A DNA stretch of 64,000 nucleotides from Candidatus Omnitrophota bacterium (GTDB lineage: Bacteria; Omnitrophota; Gorgyraeia; Zapsychrales; Fredricksoniimonadaceae): contig JABDGZ010000004.1 in assembly GCA_013285735.1 (NCBI GenBank), positions 999 to 64,998 of the forward strand, read 5' to 3'. The notes under the pieces are model-generated. The model was not told the DNA's origin. It was given only the letters and a program-made list of their open reading frames with translations, and did not search any database. The position numbers and the translations under genes were made by a program. Below, piece after piece: positions 1-14,458 of the stretch (position 1 is the first letter of the stretch; each line of letters starts with the position of its first letter).

Positions 1-718
1 TGGCGTAAAATAAACCGCCTACGTCCAATGTAGTTTCAACATTGGTGAGGGCATTTTTAATTTTTAAGCCAGTGACACTTTTATCCCCCAAAACTTCCAG
101 AGGGATGGTATTAAACATAATTTCAATCTTAAGATTATTTTTAGCACGTTCTTGCATGACCTTGGAAGCCCGCAACACATCACGGCGTACAATCATCAAG
201 ACCTTGGAGGCAAATTTAGTGAGAAAAGTTGCCTCTTCTACAGCTGAATCACCGCCCCCAACGACTGCCAAAACCTTATTGCGAAAAAACGGCAAAGCAC
301 CGTCACAAACAGCACAGGCAGAAATACCCTTCTGCCATAAATTTTCTTCGCCGGGCAGATGCATGCGTTTGGCAGTGGCCCCTGTAGAAACAATCAAGGC
401 ATTCGCCTGATACTCCTGCCCTCCAGCCCAGACTTTAAAAGGCCTTTGGGATAAATTTACTTTTTCGACAGTTTCAGTGACGATGCGTGTACCGCAATGT
501 AGCGATTGTGCCCGCATTTTATCCATTAAAGCAGGACCAGAAATCTCTAAATATCCGGGATAATTTTCTACGTCAGTCGTGGTCGTCAACTGACCGCCTG
601 CGGCGACACCTGCCGCGAACATCCCTTCAAACATCAAAGGATTTAATCTAGCACGTGCAGCATAAATAGCTGCAGTATGACCTGCAGGGCCGGAGCCAAT
701 AATAATTAAATTTTCCAT
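1..718 (-). CDS. trxB: thioredoxin-disulfide reductase. The N-terminal part is in the window and the C-terminus runs off the window start
   Basis: The minus-strand translation starting at 718 reads MENLIIIGSGPAGHTAAIYAARARLNPLMFEGMFAAGVAAGGQLTTTT..., an FAD-binding GxGxxG fold. Further in is ISACAVCDGALPFF, the redox-active CxxC of TrxB. The ORF track missed it because it has no in-window stop. The + ORF 42..410 is antisense to it. Confidence 0.8.
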   Translation of the reverse strand, partial: MENLIIIGSGPAGHTAAIYAARARLNPLMFEGMFAAGVAAGGQLTTTTDVENYPGYLEISGPALMDKMRAQSLHCGTRIVTETVEKVNLSQRPFKVWAGGQEYQANALIVSTGATAKRMHLPGEENLWQKGISACAVCDGALPFFRNKVLAVVGGGDSAVEEATFLTKFASKVLMIVRRDVLRASKVMQERAKNNLKIEIMFNTIPLEVLGDKSVTGLKIKNALTNVETTLDVGGLFYA

Positions 719-727
719 AGATTAGAA

Positions 728-772
728 AAATAGGGACGTCTCCCATTTATTAATTGGGAGACGTCCCTATTT
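728..772 (-). terminator. perfect 18-bp-stem hairpin with U-tracts on both sides (bidirectional intrinsic terminator) between korB and trxB
   Basis: AAATAGGGACGTCTCCCA-tttattaat-TGGGAGACGTCCCTATTT, followed by TTTTTT on the plus strand and UUUUUCU on the minus strand. It sits 3 nt after the korB stop. Confidence 0.55.
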
Positions 773-774
773 TT

Positions 775-1695
775 TTATACTAAAAAACTATCCAGAATTT
801 TTGATGGATCTTTTTTAACAGCTTTGTCTACCAGGTTATGCAGGATAACATCATAACGGGGTTTTTCTTTATTTTGAAAAAACAACCCAAAATACCGACG
901 CTCTGCTGCCCCGTACTGAAACGCTTGGGCCAAATTCGAAGGGTCATGTTCAAGGACCTCTGTCTTATCTGCCAGACGGCGGTCAGGCTCAATACCATTG
1001 GGATGTTTTAAGAATGAAAACCAATTTGAATTCTTATGGTCAAAATTATTCGGATCAAAATGCGGACAACGTTGAGAAATATGCACAAAAGCAAAACCCG
1101 GATGATCAAAAGCTGTTTTCATCGTATTAGTCAAATGATCTGGAATCCAGTCTGCAGTTGACGCCACGAAAGACGCGCCCAATCCCAAAGCTACTGTAAT
1201 AGGATTTAAAGGATTCAAATACGAACCCTGCGGCTGAGTGTTGGTTGGATGGTTTTGACGTGTCGTGGGTGACGTTTGATTTTTGGTCAACGCGTACATT
1301 TCATTGTCATACATCAAAAACACACATTTAAAATTCTTGTTGATGCCATGGATCAAATGATTACCCCCGATGCTCATCGCATCACCATCTCCGGCATGCA
1401 CAAATAAATTCAAATCCGGACGGGCCAAGGCCACGCCTAAAGCGATCGGTATCGGACGGCCATGGATGGAATGCACGCCATAGGTATTAAAATAATTCGG
1501 TGCGCGTCCTGAGCAGCCAATCCCTGAAACATTCACTGTTTGGGAAGGTATTAACTGGCGGTCAACGATAAAACGTTTTAAACCCATGATAATACCAAAA
1601 TCGCCACAACCGGCGCACCAGCGTGGATTTTCGGTATTCAACTCTTTAATAGTAATCGGCACTGGGGCCGGTTTAGATAATGTATCGGTCGTCAT
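775..1695 (-). CDS. korB: 2-oxoacid:ferredoxin oxidoreductase, beta (TPP-binding) subunit
   Basis: 306 aa with the WCAGCGDFG thiamine-diphosphate motif typical of KorB/PorB. The 4-bp start/stop overlap (ATGA) with the alpha subunit indicates an operon. Confidence 0.85.
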   Translation of the reverse strand: MTTDTLSKPAPVPITIKELNTENPRWCAGCGDFGIIMGLKRFIVDRQLIPSQTVNVSGIGCSGRAPNYFNTYGVHSIHGRPIPIALGVALARPDLNLFVHAGDGDAMSIGGNHLIHGINKNFKCVFLMYDNEMYALTKNQTSPTTRQNHPTNTQPQGSYLNPLNPITVALGLGASFVASTADWIPDHLTNTMKTAFDHPGFAFVHISQRCPHFDPNNFDHKNSNWFSFLKHPNGIEPDRRLADKTEVLEHDPSNLAQAFQYGAAERRYFGLFFQNKEKPRYDVILHNLVDKAVKKDPSKILDSFLV

Positions 1696-3500
1696 TTGAG
1701 GACCTCCTGAATTTTTTTCATAATGATTCTTGGACGCAAGGGCCGGCCGGTTGCTTCGGCAATCAGCGGATGAATGTCCTTTAGAGTTTCTGATCTTAAT
1801 AATAAAGCTAATGGTGATGGCTTAAGCGCATCTCCATAAGCAACCTCCACCGTCATTACTTTTTTATATTTAGCAAAAATTTCCTTAAGCATCAATGGAA
1901 AAGGATACACCACGCGCAAATTCATGCCTGATGCCGGCACACCGTTCTTTTCGCACATATAAATAGCTTCTTCAATAGCCCCACGGCTTGAACCCCAACC
2001 TACGATCAAAACTTCATTCGAATCTTTACCGAACATTTCCGGAGTTGTCAGGGCACGGCGGACATGATGGATCTTTTCATTACGCACCGCGTGAGAACGC
2101 TGATGATTATCAGAGAAATAACTAATTTTGCCATTCTCATCCGTATTAAGTCCTGTGATACGGCGCATACCCCCCTCAGCACCTGGTGTGGTTTGCTGGG
2201 TTTTGACCATTTCAATAGGGCCAGTTAAACGCTTCATATGAAAACGATCAAAGACAAAATCTGGAATATCATCCACATTTTTCATCTGCACCAAAGGAAA
2301 CTTGGCTAACACTTTATAACTGTTAGCTGTCTGGAAATCACTTAAGATAAAAACCGGTACGCGCAATTTTTCCGTCAGGTAACGGGCTAAATGTGGCGCA
2401 TAAAAACAATCAATGATATTGGCAACACCGATGATGATCTTGGTATAATCGCCATGACTTCCACAAAGGGCTGCCAATACATCTGACTGTTCGGTTTTTG
2501 TCGGCATACCCGTCGATGGACCTGAACGCTGCACATCGATAACTATCAAAGGAATTTCAGCGGCTGTCGCAAAACCAATAAATTCTTGCTTCAAGGACAA
2601 GCCCGGACCTGAAGTTGCAGTCACTGCAGGCTGGCCAGCATAATAAGAACCAATCGCCGTACCGATAGCTGCAATCTCATCTTCAGCCTGATGTACAACC
2701 CCGCCATAAGCTGGAAAATTTTTAGCCAAGGTATGCATAATGGAAGACGCTGGTGTTATAGGATATCCTGAATACAATTTAATCCCGGCATCAATAATCC
2801 CCATGCTCATTGACGTATTACCGTCGATAAGTATCTGCTCACCATCTCGTTTATGGCTCTGCACCTCATAACGGAAGAATACCTTTTCCTTGGCCAATTG
2901 ATAACCGTTATGATAAAGGGTAACGTTTTTGGCCATGATATCTTCTTTGAGCTTTTTGCCGAAAGTTTTCACAATCTCTTTTTGGACCATTTCCTCGTCC
3001 ATATTATAGATATACGACAACATTCCTAAATAATGCAAATTTTGTCCCTTGCCACCTAATTCTTTGACAATGGTTTGGGATTCAGGATCAACATTAAAAG
3101 GAATAACACTAAGTCCCAATTTAGTACAGCGCTTGAGAACCATTTCATAAGAATCAGGGTTTGCTTCTTGATCCCCCATATCCAATAAAATCTTGGCATT
3201 GGCATTGAATTCATTATCATCAAGACGGCGATCCAAAACGATTTCATGTGCCGCTAAAATCAAATCCGTATCATTACCGATATTGGTGACGTCAAAATCC
3301 GCAAGACGGATAATAACACCTGAAAGGGCCGGACGGCTGCGGGCTGGCGGCGAAATTTCCGCAGGGATCATCGGCTCCACATAAACATACTGGCCCATGG
3401 CTACAAAAGCCCCCAGCAGGATATCCCCTGCTTTCTGGGCGCCTGTACCGGCATCCATGAGCAATTCAAATCTGGTTACTGGACGTTTTTCGAGTGACAT
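1692..3500 (-). CDS. korA: 2-oxoacid:ferredoxin oxidoreductase, alpha subunit with fused gamma domain (likely 2-oxoglutarate-specific KorA)
   Basis: 602 aa with a GYPITPAS motif. The two-subunit architecture of about 600 aa plus about 300 aa points to the KorAB type. Confidence 0.8.
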   Translation of the reverse strand: MSLEKRPVTRFELLMDAGTGAQKAGDILLGAFVAMGQYVYVEPMIPAEISPPARSRPALSGVIIRLADFDVTNIGNDTDLILAAHEIVLDRRLDDNEFNANAKILLDMGDQEANPDSYEMVLKRCTKLGLSVIPFNVDPESQTIVKELGGKGQNLHYLGMLSYIYNMDEEMVQKEIVKTFGKKLKEDIMAKNVTLYHNGYQLAKEKVFFRYEVQSHKRDGEQILIDGNTSMSMGIIDAGIKLYSGYPITPASSIMHTLAKNFPAYGGVVHQAEDEIAAIGTAIGSYYAGQPAVTATSGPGLSLKQEFIGFATAAEIPLIVIDVQRSGPSTGMPTKTEQSDVLAALCGSHGDYTKIIIGVANIIDCFYAPHLARYLTEKLRVPVFILSDFQTANSYKVLAKFPLVQMKNVDDIPDFVFDRFHMKRLTGPIEMVKTQQTTPGAEGGMRRITGLNTDENGKISYFSDNHQRSHAVRNEKIHHVRRALTTPEMFGKDSNEVLIVGWGSSRGAIEEAIYMCEKNGVPASGMNLRVVYPFPLMLKEIFAKYKKVMTVEVAYGDALKPSPLALLLRSETLKDIHPLIAEATGRPLRPRIIMKKIQEVLK

Positions 3501-3665
3501 AAATACCTCTTCCTTAATTTTACTTTTTTAAATGATACAAGATATGTGCCGTTTCCTTAAAATCCATATTAGAAAAACGGCCTATCTAAAGAAAATAATG
3601 GAGTTATATAAAAAATACCGTATTTTAATTACTATAGCACTGTGAATTGCTTTGGCAAGAAAAAA

Positions 3666-4766
3666 TCAACTACTTTTTATCGCAGGACGTAATTCTTTTA
3701 AACTTTTTAACAAAGCTTTACTTCCATCGGTCACAGCGTCTTCTTGCAGCGGTTGCTCTTTTAAAAGATCATCCAAATCAATTTCAGATTTTATGCTAAA
3801 ACCTGCATCCTGAATCATGCGCAAGGTGCGGGCATTGGTTGCCCCTTTAGCATTTAAATAGCCTTGCAAAAATAAAGAATTTGCCGGGTATAAAGCCATC
3901 ACTTCCATGGAACGTAAATGCAATTCCCGTCCAGCAGCCACCCGGATTTCTGCTGATGGATTTAAAAATCTAAACAGACACAATATCCTTAAAATAAAAT
4001 CAGGACTTAAATTTGATTCTGATGGTGACAAGAGATTGCCTTCAATCGGCACCAATAAATTAACCGGAATAGACTCTGCCTTCAAAGAACGCAGACGACG
4101 GGCCACGTCAATGATATCCGTATGCTCTTCCCCCATACCAACAATCATTCCGGAGCATACCTTAAGGCCTGCACTTTTGGCAGCCAAAAGGGTATTAAGC
4201 CGGTCAGCATAGGTATGCGTCGTACAAATCTGCGGGTAATGCGCTTCGGAAGTATTTAAATTATGGTTCAAACGGTCAAGCCCTGCTTGTTTTAATTGTA
4301 CCGCCCCATCATTAGATACAAAACCCGTAGAAACACAAATTTCTTTACCAGGGAATTCGGATTTGATTTGAGCTAAAACGCGTTTCAGGCGATCAATGCG
4401 CGATTGAGAAGCCTGACGCCCGGCAAAAACCATGCAATAGCAGGACGCCCCTTTGGCATACGCTGTGCGCGCCTCCGAAAGCATTTCCTCATCGGATTTC
4501 ATACCGTATTCTTCAATATCAGCCTTAGATGATTTAGCCTGGGCGCAATAATGGCAATCTTCAGGGCATGAGCCGTTTTGGGCATTGTTGAGGATATGCA
4601 CACGCACTTCCTGGCCAAAATAAGTTTTACGCACCTGATACGCAGCATCTAATAGTGGCAAAATCTCAAGCGATGTATCAGACAAAATCCGCACGCACGC
4701 AGCATTATCCAACTCCTGGCCTTCCAGACTTTGACGGACTAATTCTGTATAAAAAAAGCGATCCAT
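3666..4766 (-). CDS. bioB: biotin synthase (radical SAM) with a roughly 40-aa C-terminal extension
   Basis: GSCPEDCHYCAQ (CxxxCxxC) and LNHNLNTSEAHYPQICTTHTY, the YNHNLDT motif of BioB. Confidence 0.8.
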   Translation of the reverse strand: MDRFFYTELVRQSLEGQELDNAACVRILSDTSLEILPLLDAAYQVRKTYFGQEVRVHILNNAQNGSCPEDCHYCAQAKSSKADIEEYGMKSDEEMLSEARTAYAKGASCYCMVFAGRQASQSRIDRLKRVLAQIKSEFPGKEICVSTGFVSNDGAVQLKQAGLDRLNHNLNTSEAHYPQICTTHTYADRLNTLLAAKSAGLKVCSGMIVGMGEEHTDIIDVARRLRSLKAESIPVNLLVPIEGNLLSPSESNLSPDFILRILCLFRFLNPSAEIRVAAGRELHLRSMEVMALYPANSLFLQGYLNAKGATNARTLRMIQDAGFSIKSEIDLDDLLKEQPLQEDAVTDGSKALLKSLKELRPAIKSS

Positions 4767-4846
4767 AAGAAAATAATATCACAGAAAAATGAGCAATTGT
4801 CAACAGTTCTATTGTTCTTGGTTGACAATAGATTTAAATATAAAAT

Positions 4847-8846
<4,000 letters not shown>

Positions 8847-8857
8847 AGTTAGCCTTT

Positions 8858-10129
8858 TTAATCAACTGATGCTAAAGACCTCAGCTGCTTTTGCTGGGCA
8901 TCGCTCATAGGGCCGATGATGGCGAGGTTTAAGCTTTGAGGATTTAGAATTTCTTTGGCAACCCGTTTAATGTCAGCACGGGTTACTGCCTTGATTTTTT
9001 TGATAACATCGCTCATACTTTTGACCTTATCGTTGCTGATAACCCCGCTGCCCATCCAAAGCATCTGGTCCATGGTATCTTCCAAACCTAATAAAAACTG
9101 CCCCATATAATATTCCTGGGCGCGCTTAAATTCATCTTCTTGAACACCACCAGCTGAAATCTTGGCCAAAACTTTCAAAATTAAATCTAGTGCAGCAACG
9201 ATCTTGGAATTGTCGACACCAGCACGGATCATAAAAACACCGGTATCGTTCAAACTTTTGATACCGCTGGAAACCGAATACGCCAGCCCGCGCTTTTCAC
9301 GCACTTCATTAAATAAACGGCTGGACATATTGCCGCCCAGGATAATACTTAACAGTGCCAAAACATAATAATCTTTATGATTGGTCTCATAAGCCAGATA
9401 CCCAAGAGCCAAATGCATTTGCTCCGTCTGTTTGTGGTATAAATGTACTGTAGATTTCTCTTGAGTACGACGGGCAGGAATATAAGATGAATTTATAGAC
9501 CCACTCAATTTTCCTAACTTAGCTGTCACCAAAGCCACCAGCTCTTCATGTTTCATCGAACCACAGGCAGAGATAACAGTATTAGCAGGAAGATAATGAG
9601 TCCGTTTAAAATCTTTCAAATGAGCTGTGGACATTGTACCTACTGTCTTTGCTGTACCCGCAAGGCTTTGGCCCAAAGGATGATCAGGCCACAAAAGCTC
9701 CTCAAGAAGTTCCCCCACATAATATTGCGGCAGGTCATGGTACATTTTGATCTCTTCTAAAATGACTGCGCGTTCTTTTTCTAAATCTTTCGGGGTGATT
9801 TTAGGAAAAAATGTAATGTCGGCAAGGATATCAAAAGTCTTCTTCCAGTGAGATGCAGGCACCTTGGCATAATAACAGGTCTCTTCTTCTGCGGTAAAGG
9901 CATTGAGATTGCCGCCAACACCTTCGACCAGTTGTTTTATTTCATCACAGGTATATTTAGCAGAGCCCTTGAAAGCTATGTGTTCTAAAAAGTGGGCTAC
10001 ACCTTTATTATCCCCTGTTTCATAACGGCCGCCGGCCGCCACCCAAACACCAATGGAAGCGCTCTCGCGATCTTTAAATTCCTGGGTGACAATACGTATT
10101 TGATTAGAAAGTTGAGTTATATGACGCAT
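8858..10129 (-). CDS. M16 family zinc peptidase (pitrilysin-like)
   Basis: HFLEHIAFKGS inverted zinc-binding motif HxxEH. 423 aa. Confidence 0.8.
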   Translation of the reverse strand: MRHITQLSNQIRIVTQEFKDRESASIGVWVAAGGRYETGDNKGVAHFLEHIAFKGSAKYTCDEIKQLVEGVGGNLNAFTAEEETCYYAKVPASHWKKTFDILADITFFPKITPKDLEKERAVILEEIKMYHDLPQYYVGELLEELLWPDHPLGQSLAGTAKTVGTMSTAHLKDFKRTHYLPANTVISACGSMKHEELVALVTAKLGKLSGSINSSYIPARRTQEKSTVHLYHKQTEQMHLALGYLAYETNHKDYYVLALLSIILGGNMSSRLFNEVREKRGLAYSVSSGIKSLNDTGVFMIRAGVDNSKIVAALDLILKVLAKISAGGVQEDEFKRAQEYYMGQFLLGLEDTMDQMLWMGSGVISNDKVKSMSDVIKKIKAVTRADIKRVAKEILNPQSLNLAIIGPMSDAQQKQLRSLASVD

Positions 10130-10131
10130 AT

Positions 10132-10926
10132 TTATCTTAAGGCTTTGACCAACGAAGAAACGTAGTGGCTGACTGCAGGCACTAAATTCTTATTTCCTTT
10201 ATTTTGTTCGATAACTCTTACAATAGCACTACCCACGATAACCCCGTCTGCCGCACGTCCGATTACCTTGACTTGTTCAGGCGTTGAAATGCCAAAACCG
10301 ACACATACAGGTTTATCCGTAAACCGTTTAATATGATTAATTTTCTTAACTACCGTTTGGGCAACTGCTTTTTGAGTTCCTGTAATTCCAGTTAGAGAAA
10401 CATAATAGACAAAGCCACTGGAGGCCTTGGTATTTGATTTGATGCGTTCATCGGTGCTCGTGGGGGCAACAAAGAAAATTGTTGAGAGATCATACCCCTC
10501 GGCCAAACTGCATAAATTTTTAGCTTCTTCCGGCGGTAAATCAGGAACGATCAACCCATCTATCCCTACATCAACACAGGCTTTAAGGAATTTTTCTTCC
10601 CCAAAACGTAATATGGGATTATATGATGTCATGAACGCAATCGGTATAGATGACTTTAGACGAATACGTTTGACCGTCTCTAAAATTTTCTTGACCGTTG
10701 TCCCCTTGCTTAAAGCACGAAAGAAAGATGCCTGGATGGTAGGACCGTCAGCCAAAGGATCAGAAAAAGGAATACCTATTTCAATGATATCAACGCCAAC
10801 ACCTTCAAGAGAAACAACCAAATCTTCTGTTGTTTTTAAATCAGGATCACCTGCGGTGATGAAAGCAATAAAGGCTTTACGCTTCTTAGTTTTCAGTTCT
10901 TTAAATTTTTGATCTATACGGTTCAT
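10132..10926 (-). CDS. trpA: tryptophan synthase alpha chain
   Basis: GVDIIEIGIPFSDPLADGPTIQ motif. 264 aa, directly downstream of trpB. Confidence 0.9.
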   Translation of the reverse strand: MNRIDQKFKELKTKKRKAFIAFITAGDPDLKTTEDLVVSLEGVGVDIIEIGIPFSDPLADGPTIQASFFRALSKGTTVKKILETVKRIRLKSSIPIAFMTSYNPILRFGEEKFLKACVDVGIDGLIVPDLPPEEAKNLCSLAEGYDLSTIFFVAPTSTDERIKSNTKASSGFVYYVSLTGITGTQKAVAQTVVKKINHIKRFTDKPVCVGFGISTPEQVKVIGRAADGVIVGSAIVRVIEQNKGNKNLVPAVSHYVSSLVKALR

Positions 10927-10933
10927 AGAAACT

Positions 10934-10959
10934 GGATTCCCGCTTTCGCGGGAATGACA
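10934..10959. repeat. REP-like palindromic element copy 1 (GGATTCCCGCTTTCGCGGGAATGACA) in the trpB-trpA spacer
   Basis: 8-bp stem ATTCCCGC/GCGGGAAT around a TTTC loop. The same 26-mer recurs at 35725, 42544 and 44857, with a variant at 21459. Confidence 0.8.
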
Positions 10960-10965
10960 ATATTG

Positions 10966-12165
10966 TTAAATAAATTGTGAAATTTGGTTCATGTCTTTGT
11001 CACCGCGGCCGGAAAGGCAGACGATCACTGTTGAATTCTTTTTAGCACGGCTGGCTAATTTTTGTAAATAGGCAATGGCATGGGACGTCTCCAACGCCGG
11101 AATGATACCTTCCAGGCGAGCTAAAAGCTTAAGCCCTTCGATGGCTTCTTTGTCTGTAATGGTGACATACTCTGCTCGTTTGCTATCATGATAAAAAGCA
11201 TGCTCAGGACCAACGCCAGGGTAATCCAATCCCGCGGCAATAGAATGCGCAATTTGTATCTGACCGTCATTATCTTGCAGTAACATGCTTTTACTGCCAT
11301 GCAAAACACCAACAGCGCCTTTATTTAACGTCGCAGAATGTTCATGCGTATCAACCCCATGGCCAGCTGCTTCCACGCCGATCATCTTTACTGTCTTATC
11401 ATTATAAAATGCATGAAACAAACCCATGGCATTACTGCCGCCACCGACACAGGCCAAAAGATAATTAGGTAATTTATTTTCTTTGGCTAAAAATTGCTGA
11501 CGGGCCTCACGGCCTATCACTGACTGAAAATCACGCACCATGGCCGGATACGGATGAAAACCTGCCACCGAACCAATAATATAAAAAGTATCTGCCACAT
11601 TGGTCACCCAGTCCCGCACCGCCTCATTCATGGCATCTTTAAGCGTTTTAGAACCGCTTTCAACAGGGATAACTTGCGCACCCATTAATTTCATGCGATA
11701 CACATTAAGTGATTGGCGTTTAACATCTTCAGCACCCATGTACACGATGCACTTCAAACCAAACAAAGCTGCCGCCGTGGCTGTGGCAACACCATGCTGG
11801 CCAGCACCGGTCTCGGCAATAATACGGGTCTTGCCCATGCGACGGGCAACCAGGATCTGTCCTAAGGTATTATTGATTTTATGAGCGCCAGTATGCAGCA
11901 GGTCTTCGCGTTTTAAATACACCTTGAGTGTTTTTAAATGCGCGCTTAAACGGCGGGCAAAATATAAATTCGTAGGTCTTCCGGCATATTCCTTAAGATA
12001 AGATTCAAATTCTTTTTTGAAAGTCTTATCTTTCTTAATAGCCTGATACTGTTTTTCTAATTGGGCCAAAACCGCCATCAAGGTTTCAGGAGCAAAGCGC
12101 CCACCAAAAGAACCATAGTAACCATTTTTATCCGGCAGCAATTGTTTCATTACTTTATTTTTCAT
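10966..12165 (-). CDS. trpB: tryptophan synthase beta chain
   Basis: [12 protein letters not shown]-binding motif. 399 aa. Confidence 0.9.
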   Translation of the reverse strand: MKNKVMKQLLPDKNGYYGSFGGRFAPETLMAVLAQLEKQYQAIKKDKTFKKEFESYLKEYAGRPTNLYFARRLSAHLKTLKVYLKREDLLHTGAHKINNTLGQILVARRMGKTRIIAETGAGQHGVATATAAALFGLKCIVYMGAEDVKRQSLNVYRMKLMGAQVIPVESGSKTLKDAMNEAVRDWVTNVADTFYIIGSVAGFHPYPAMVRDFQSVIGREARQQFLAKENKLPNYLLACVGGGSNAMGLFHAFYNDKTVKMIGVEAAGHGVDTHEHSATLNKGAVGVLHGSKSMLLQDNDGQIQIAHSIAAGLDYPGVGPEHAFYHDSKRAEYVTITDKEAIEGLKLLARLEGIIPALETSHAIAYLQKLASRAKKNSTVIVCLSGRGDKDMNQISQFI

Positions 12166-12826
12166 ACCCCGTCATCGTCATCACTGAATTCATAATCCCA
12201 ATCGTACCGGTAATGCGCAGCGGCCATTTATGCTTGGAGCTGTCAAACCAGATTTTGTACCGCGTCGGTTGGCTTTGCATATAATAACTATCATAAGATT
12301 TATCACCTATTTTGAGCACCTCACGCCTCACTAACTCAATCTTTAAATCCTTAGTCGGCAAGGTCATATTAAGGACATCTCCTATTTTAAATGACCCTTG
12401 ATTGCGATACCGGTAAATAAAGCCATAAATATTGTCAACGTCCCCTGCTTTGTTAATGATCTGCTGGGTAGTGCGCCCCCGTTCAGTCTTAGTAATGATG
12501 ATCTCTCCCTTAGAAGGAATATACTCTTCCAAGGTTTTCCCTTGCCCAAAAATGCTTAAACTAAAATTACGTTCCACAAACAATGGTTTATACGTCGATG
12601 GATCCACATAAATATCTTCTTCATCCGAAAAATTCTTGCCATTGGCCTTAAATACGATCAAAATTGTTTGAAGACCTTTATACTCTTTAGGGCCAACCAT
12701 CTTCAAGCGCGCCTCACCATCAAATCCCATTTGACGGATCGAATAATAAATAGTCTCTGCCCGCAATGGCAATGAAAAAACGCAGCAGAGAAAAAATACT
12801 GTTATGAAAGAAATTCTATTGAACAT
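12155..12826 (-). CDS. hypothetical secreted protein
   Basis: The N-terminal signal peptide [24 protein letters not shown] is followed by a beta-rich sequence. It overlaps trpB by 11 nt. Confidence 0.5.
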   Translation of the reverse strand: MFNRISFITVFFLCCVFSLPLRAETIYYSIRQMGFDGEARLKMVGPKEYKGLQTILIVFKANGKNFSDEEDIYVDPSTYKPLFVERNFSLSIFGQGKTLEEYIPSKGEIIITKTERGRTTQQIINKAGDVDNIYGFIYRYRNQGSFKIGDVLNMTLPTKDLKIELVRREVLKIGDKSYDSYYMQSQPTRYKIWFDSSKHKWPLRITGTIGIMNSVMTMTGYEK

Positions 12827-13958
12827 CGTAATCCTTAAGGAACGCCTCTAAAACCCTGGCTCCATTATGCAATGTTTTAATTTCCGCATATTCGTCATTA
12901 GCATGAATGACCCCATGACTGCCCCAACCAGTGGAGAAAGCAGGAATACCGTAATCTTGAAAAAAGGTGATCACCGTGGCTCCCTGACTGCCTTTCAAAT
13001 TCGCTTTAAATCCCATCTTCCGGCAGGTATCCACATAGGTTTTGACAAAAGGATGTTCAGGGTCAATCCCGTAAGGCTTTTGAGAATCATCAATGATGAC
13101 CTTAAAATCCTTAGTCTCTTGAGCAACAATACTTTTAACTTCTTTTAAAATCGCTTCAGCCTTCATGCCCGGCATAAAACGGATATCCAAGGCAAACTCG
13201 CAAAAATCCGCCACCATGTTAACCTTGTCCCCACCACGGATCGTACCGATATTCTTCGTCGGAGGAACAAGCAAAGGATGCTTTTTATATTTGAATTGAT
13301 GTTTCTTTAAGCGATTAATCACCCGTGCCGCAATTTCAATAGCATTAATGCCCAGCCAATTATATGCCCCATGCGCTTTTTTCCCAAAAATCTGCACCCG
13401 GCAATGAAAAAGGCCTTTTTGGGCAATAATCGCATCAAATTCTTCAGAATCCGTAATCAAGGCAACCTTGGGACGCAAAATACCTTTTTTCAACAAAGGA
13501 ATGATACCTAATTTGCTTCCAGTCTCCTCGTCAGCAGTGGCAGCAAATACAATATCTCGTTGAAGACGCACGCCATCTTCGACCAAACTATGCAAGGCCT
13601 CCATACCCACCGCGCAATTGCCCTTATCATCACTGGCTCCCCGGCCGTAAATACGGCCCTTATGTATCTGGGCGCCTAACGGATCGAATTTCCAGCCTTC
13701 ACCAAAAGGTACGGTATCATAATGCGGTGTTATTAAAAGCGCTTCACGAGCGGCCTTGGCACGAGGCCAAGTACCCTTAAACGTTGCTATCACATTTGGA
13801 CGATTTTTAGCGAATGAATGTATTTTAATATCCAACCCGATAGCTTTTAAATCACGGGCAACAAAATCAGCTACTGCCACTTCGTTACCAGGTGGATTAA
13901 CGGAATTAATTTGCAAAAGTTTGGTGGTAATCGCAATCAAACGTTCTTTATTGATCAT
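12816..13958 (-). CDS. M20 family metallopeptidase (ArgE/DapE-type deacylase)
   Basis: GRGASDDKG metal-binding motif. 380 aa. Confidence 0.8.
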   Translation of the reverse strand: MINKERLIAITTKLLQINSVNPPGNEVAVADFVARDLKAIGLDIKIHSFAKNRPNVIATFKGTWPRAKAAREALLITPHYDTVPFGEGWKFDPLGAQIHKGRIYGRGASDDKGNCAVGMEALHSLVEDGVRLQRDIVFAATADEETGSKLGIIPLLKKGILRPKVALITDSEEFDAIIAQKGLFHCRVQIFGKKAHGAYNWLGINAIEIAARVINRLKKHQFKYKKHPLLVPPTKNIGTIRGGDKVNMVADFCEFALDIRFMPGMKAEAILKEVKSIVAQETKDFKVIIDDSQKPYGIDPEHPFVKTYVDTCRKMGFKANLKGSQGATVITFFQDYGIPAFSTGWGSHGVIHANDEYAEIKTLHNGARVLEAFLKDYDVQ

Positions 13959-13964
13959 AATATT

Positions 13965-14324
13965 TTATCCTAATATTCCTTTTGCCTTTTCTTCACCTTC
14001 AATACGTTTAAAATCTTCATAATCCACAAAAACAATTTGGGGCTGCTCGTGGCTGATTTTAAGCATTTTGGGCATATGTTCTTTGATATTCTGAAAAGCG
14101 ATATATTTAAATTCTGTATTACATTCAGGACATTTTAAAGTGTCTATTTTTAAATCCATGTGTTTACAATTGGCACAGGTGCCTGATAAAGCACCATAGG
14201 TCATCAAATGAGTTTTAAGCTCATCAAGGTAAAATTTCTTATAAATTCGGAAATATCTATCCGGCATGGGGGATATTATAGCATCAATGGCAGGGTTGTC
14301 GACCCATAAAAAAACCGACATCAA
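13965..14324 (-). CDS. hypothetical Cys-rich small protein, zinc-ribbon-like
   Basis: 119 aa with CANCKH...CPECN paired-cysteine motifs. Confidence 0.4.
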   Translation of the reverse strand: MMSVFLWVDNPAIDAIISPMPDRYFRIYKKFYLDELKTHLMTYGALSGTCANCKHMDLKIDTLKCPECNTEFKYIAFQNIKEHMPKMLKISHEQPQIVFVDYEDFKRIEGEEKAKGILG

Positions 14325-14458
14325 TCATCTATTTTATTTTTTGTCTGGCGTGCCCCGGAAAAAATCCAGCGGGCCTTAGCACAACGGATGATTTCTGTCG
14401 GTTCTACTTTATTTATACCACCTAAATCGAATTTTAGCAAGGAGAAGTCTTAAATATT

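Noticed and set aside
42-410. 122-aa + strand ORF at the window start
   Set aside because: It lies antisense to, and wholly inside, the clearly real trxB coding region. Minus-strand trxB has GxGxxG and CAVCDG motifs. This is a typical shadow ORF.
10427-10912. 161-aa + strand ORF
   Set aside because: Antisense to trpA, which has strong family motifs. No RBS. Spurious.
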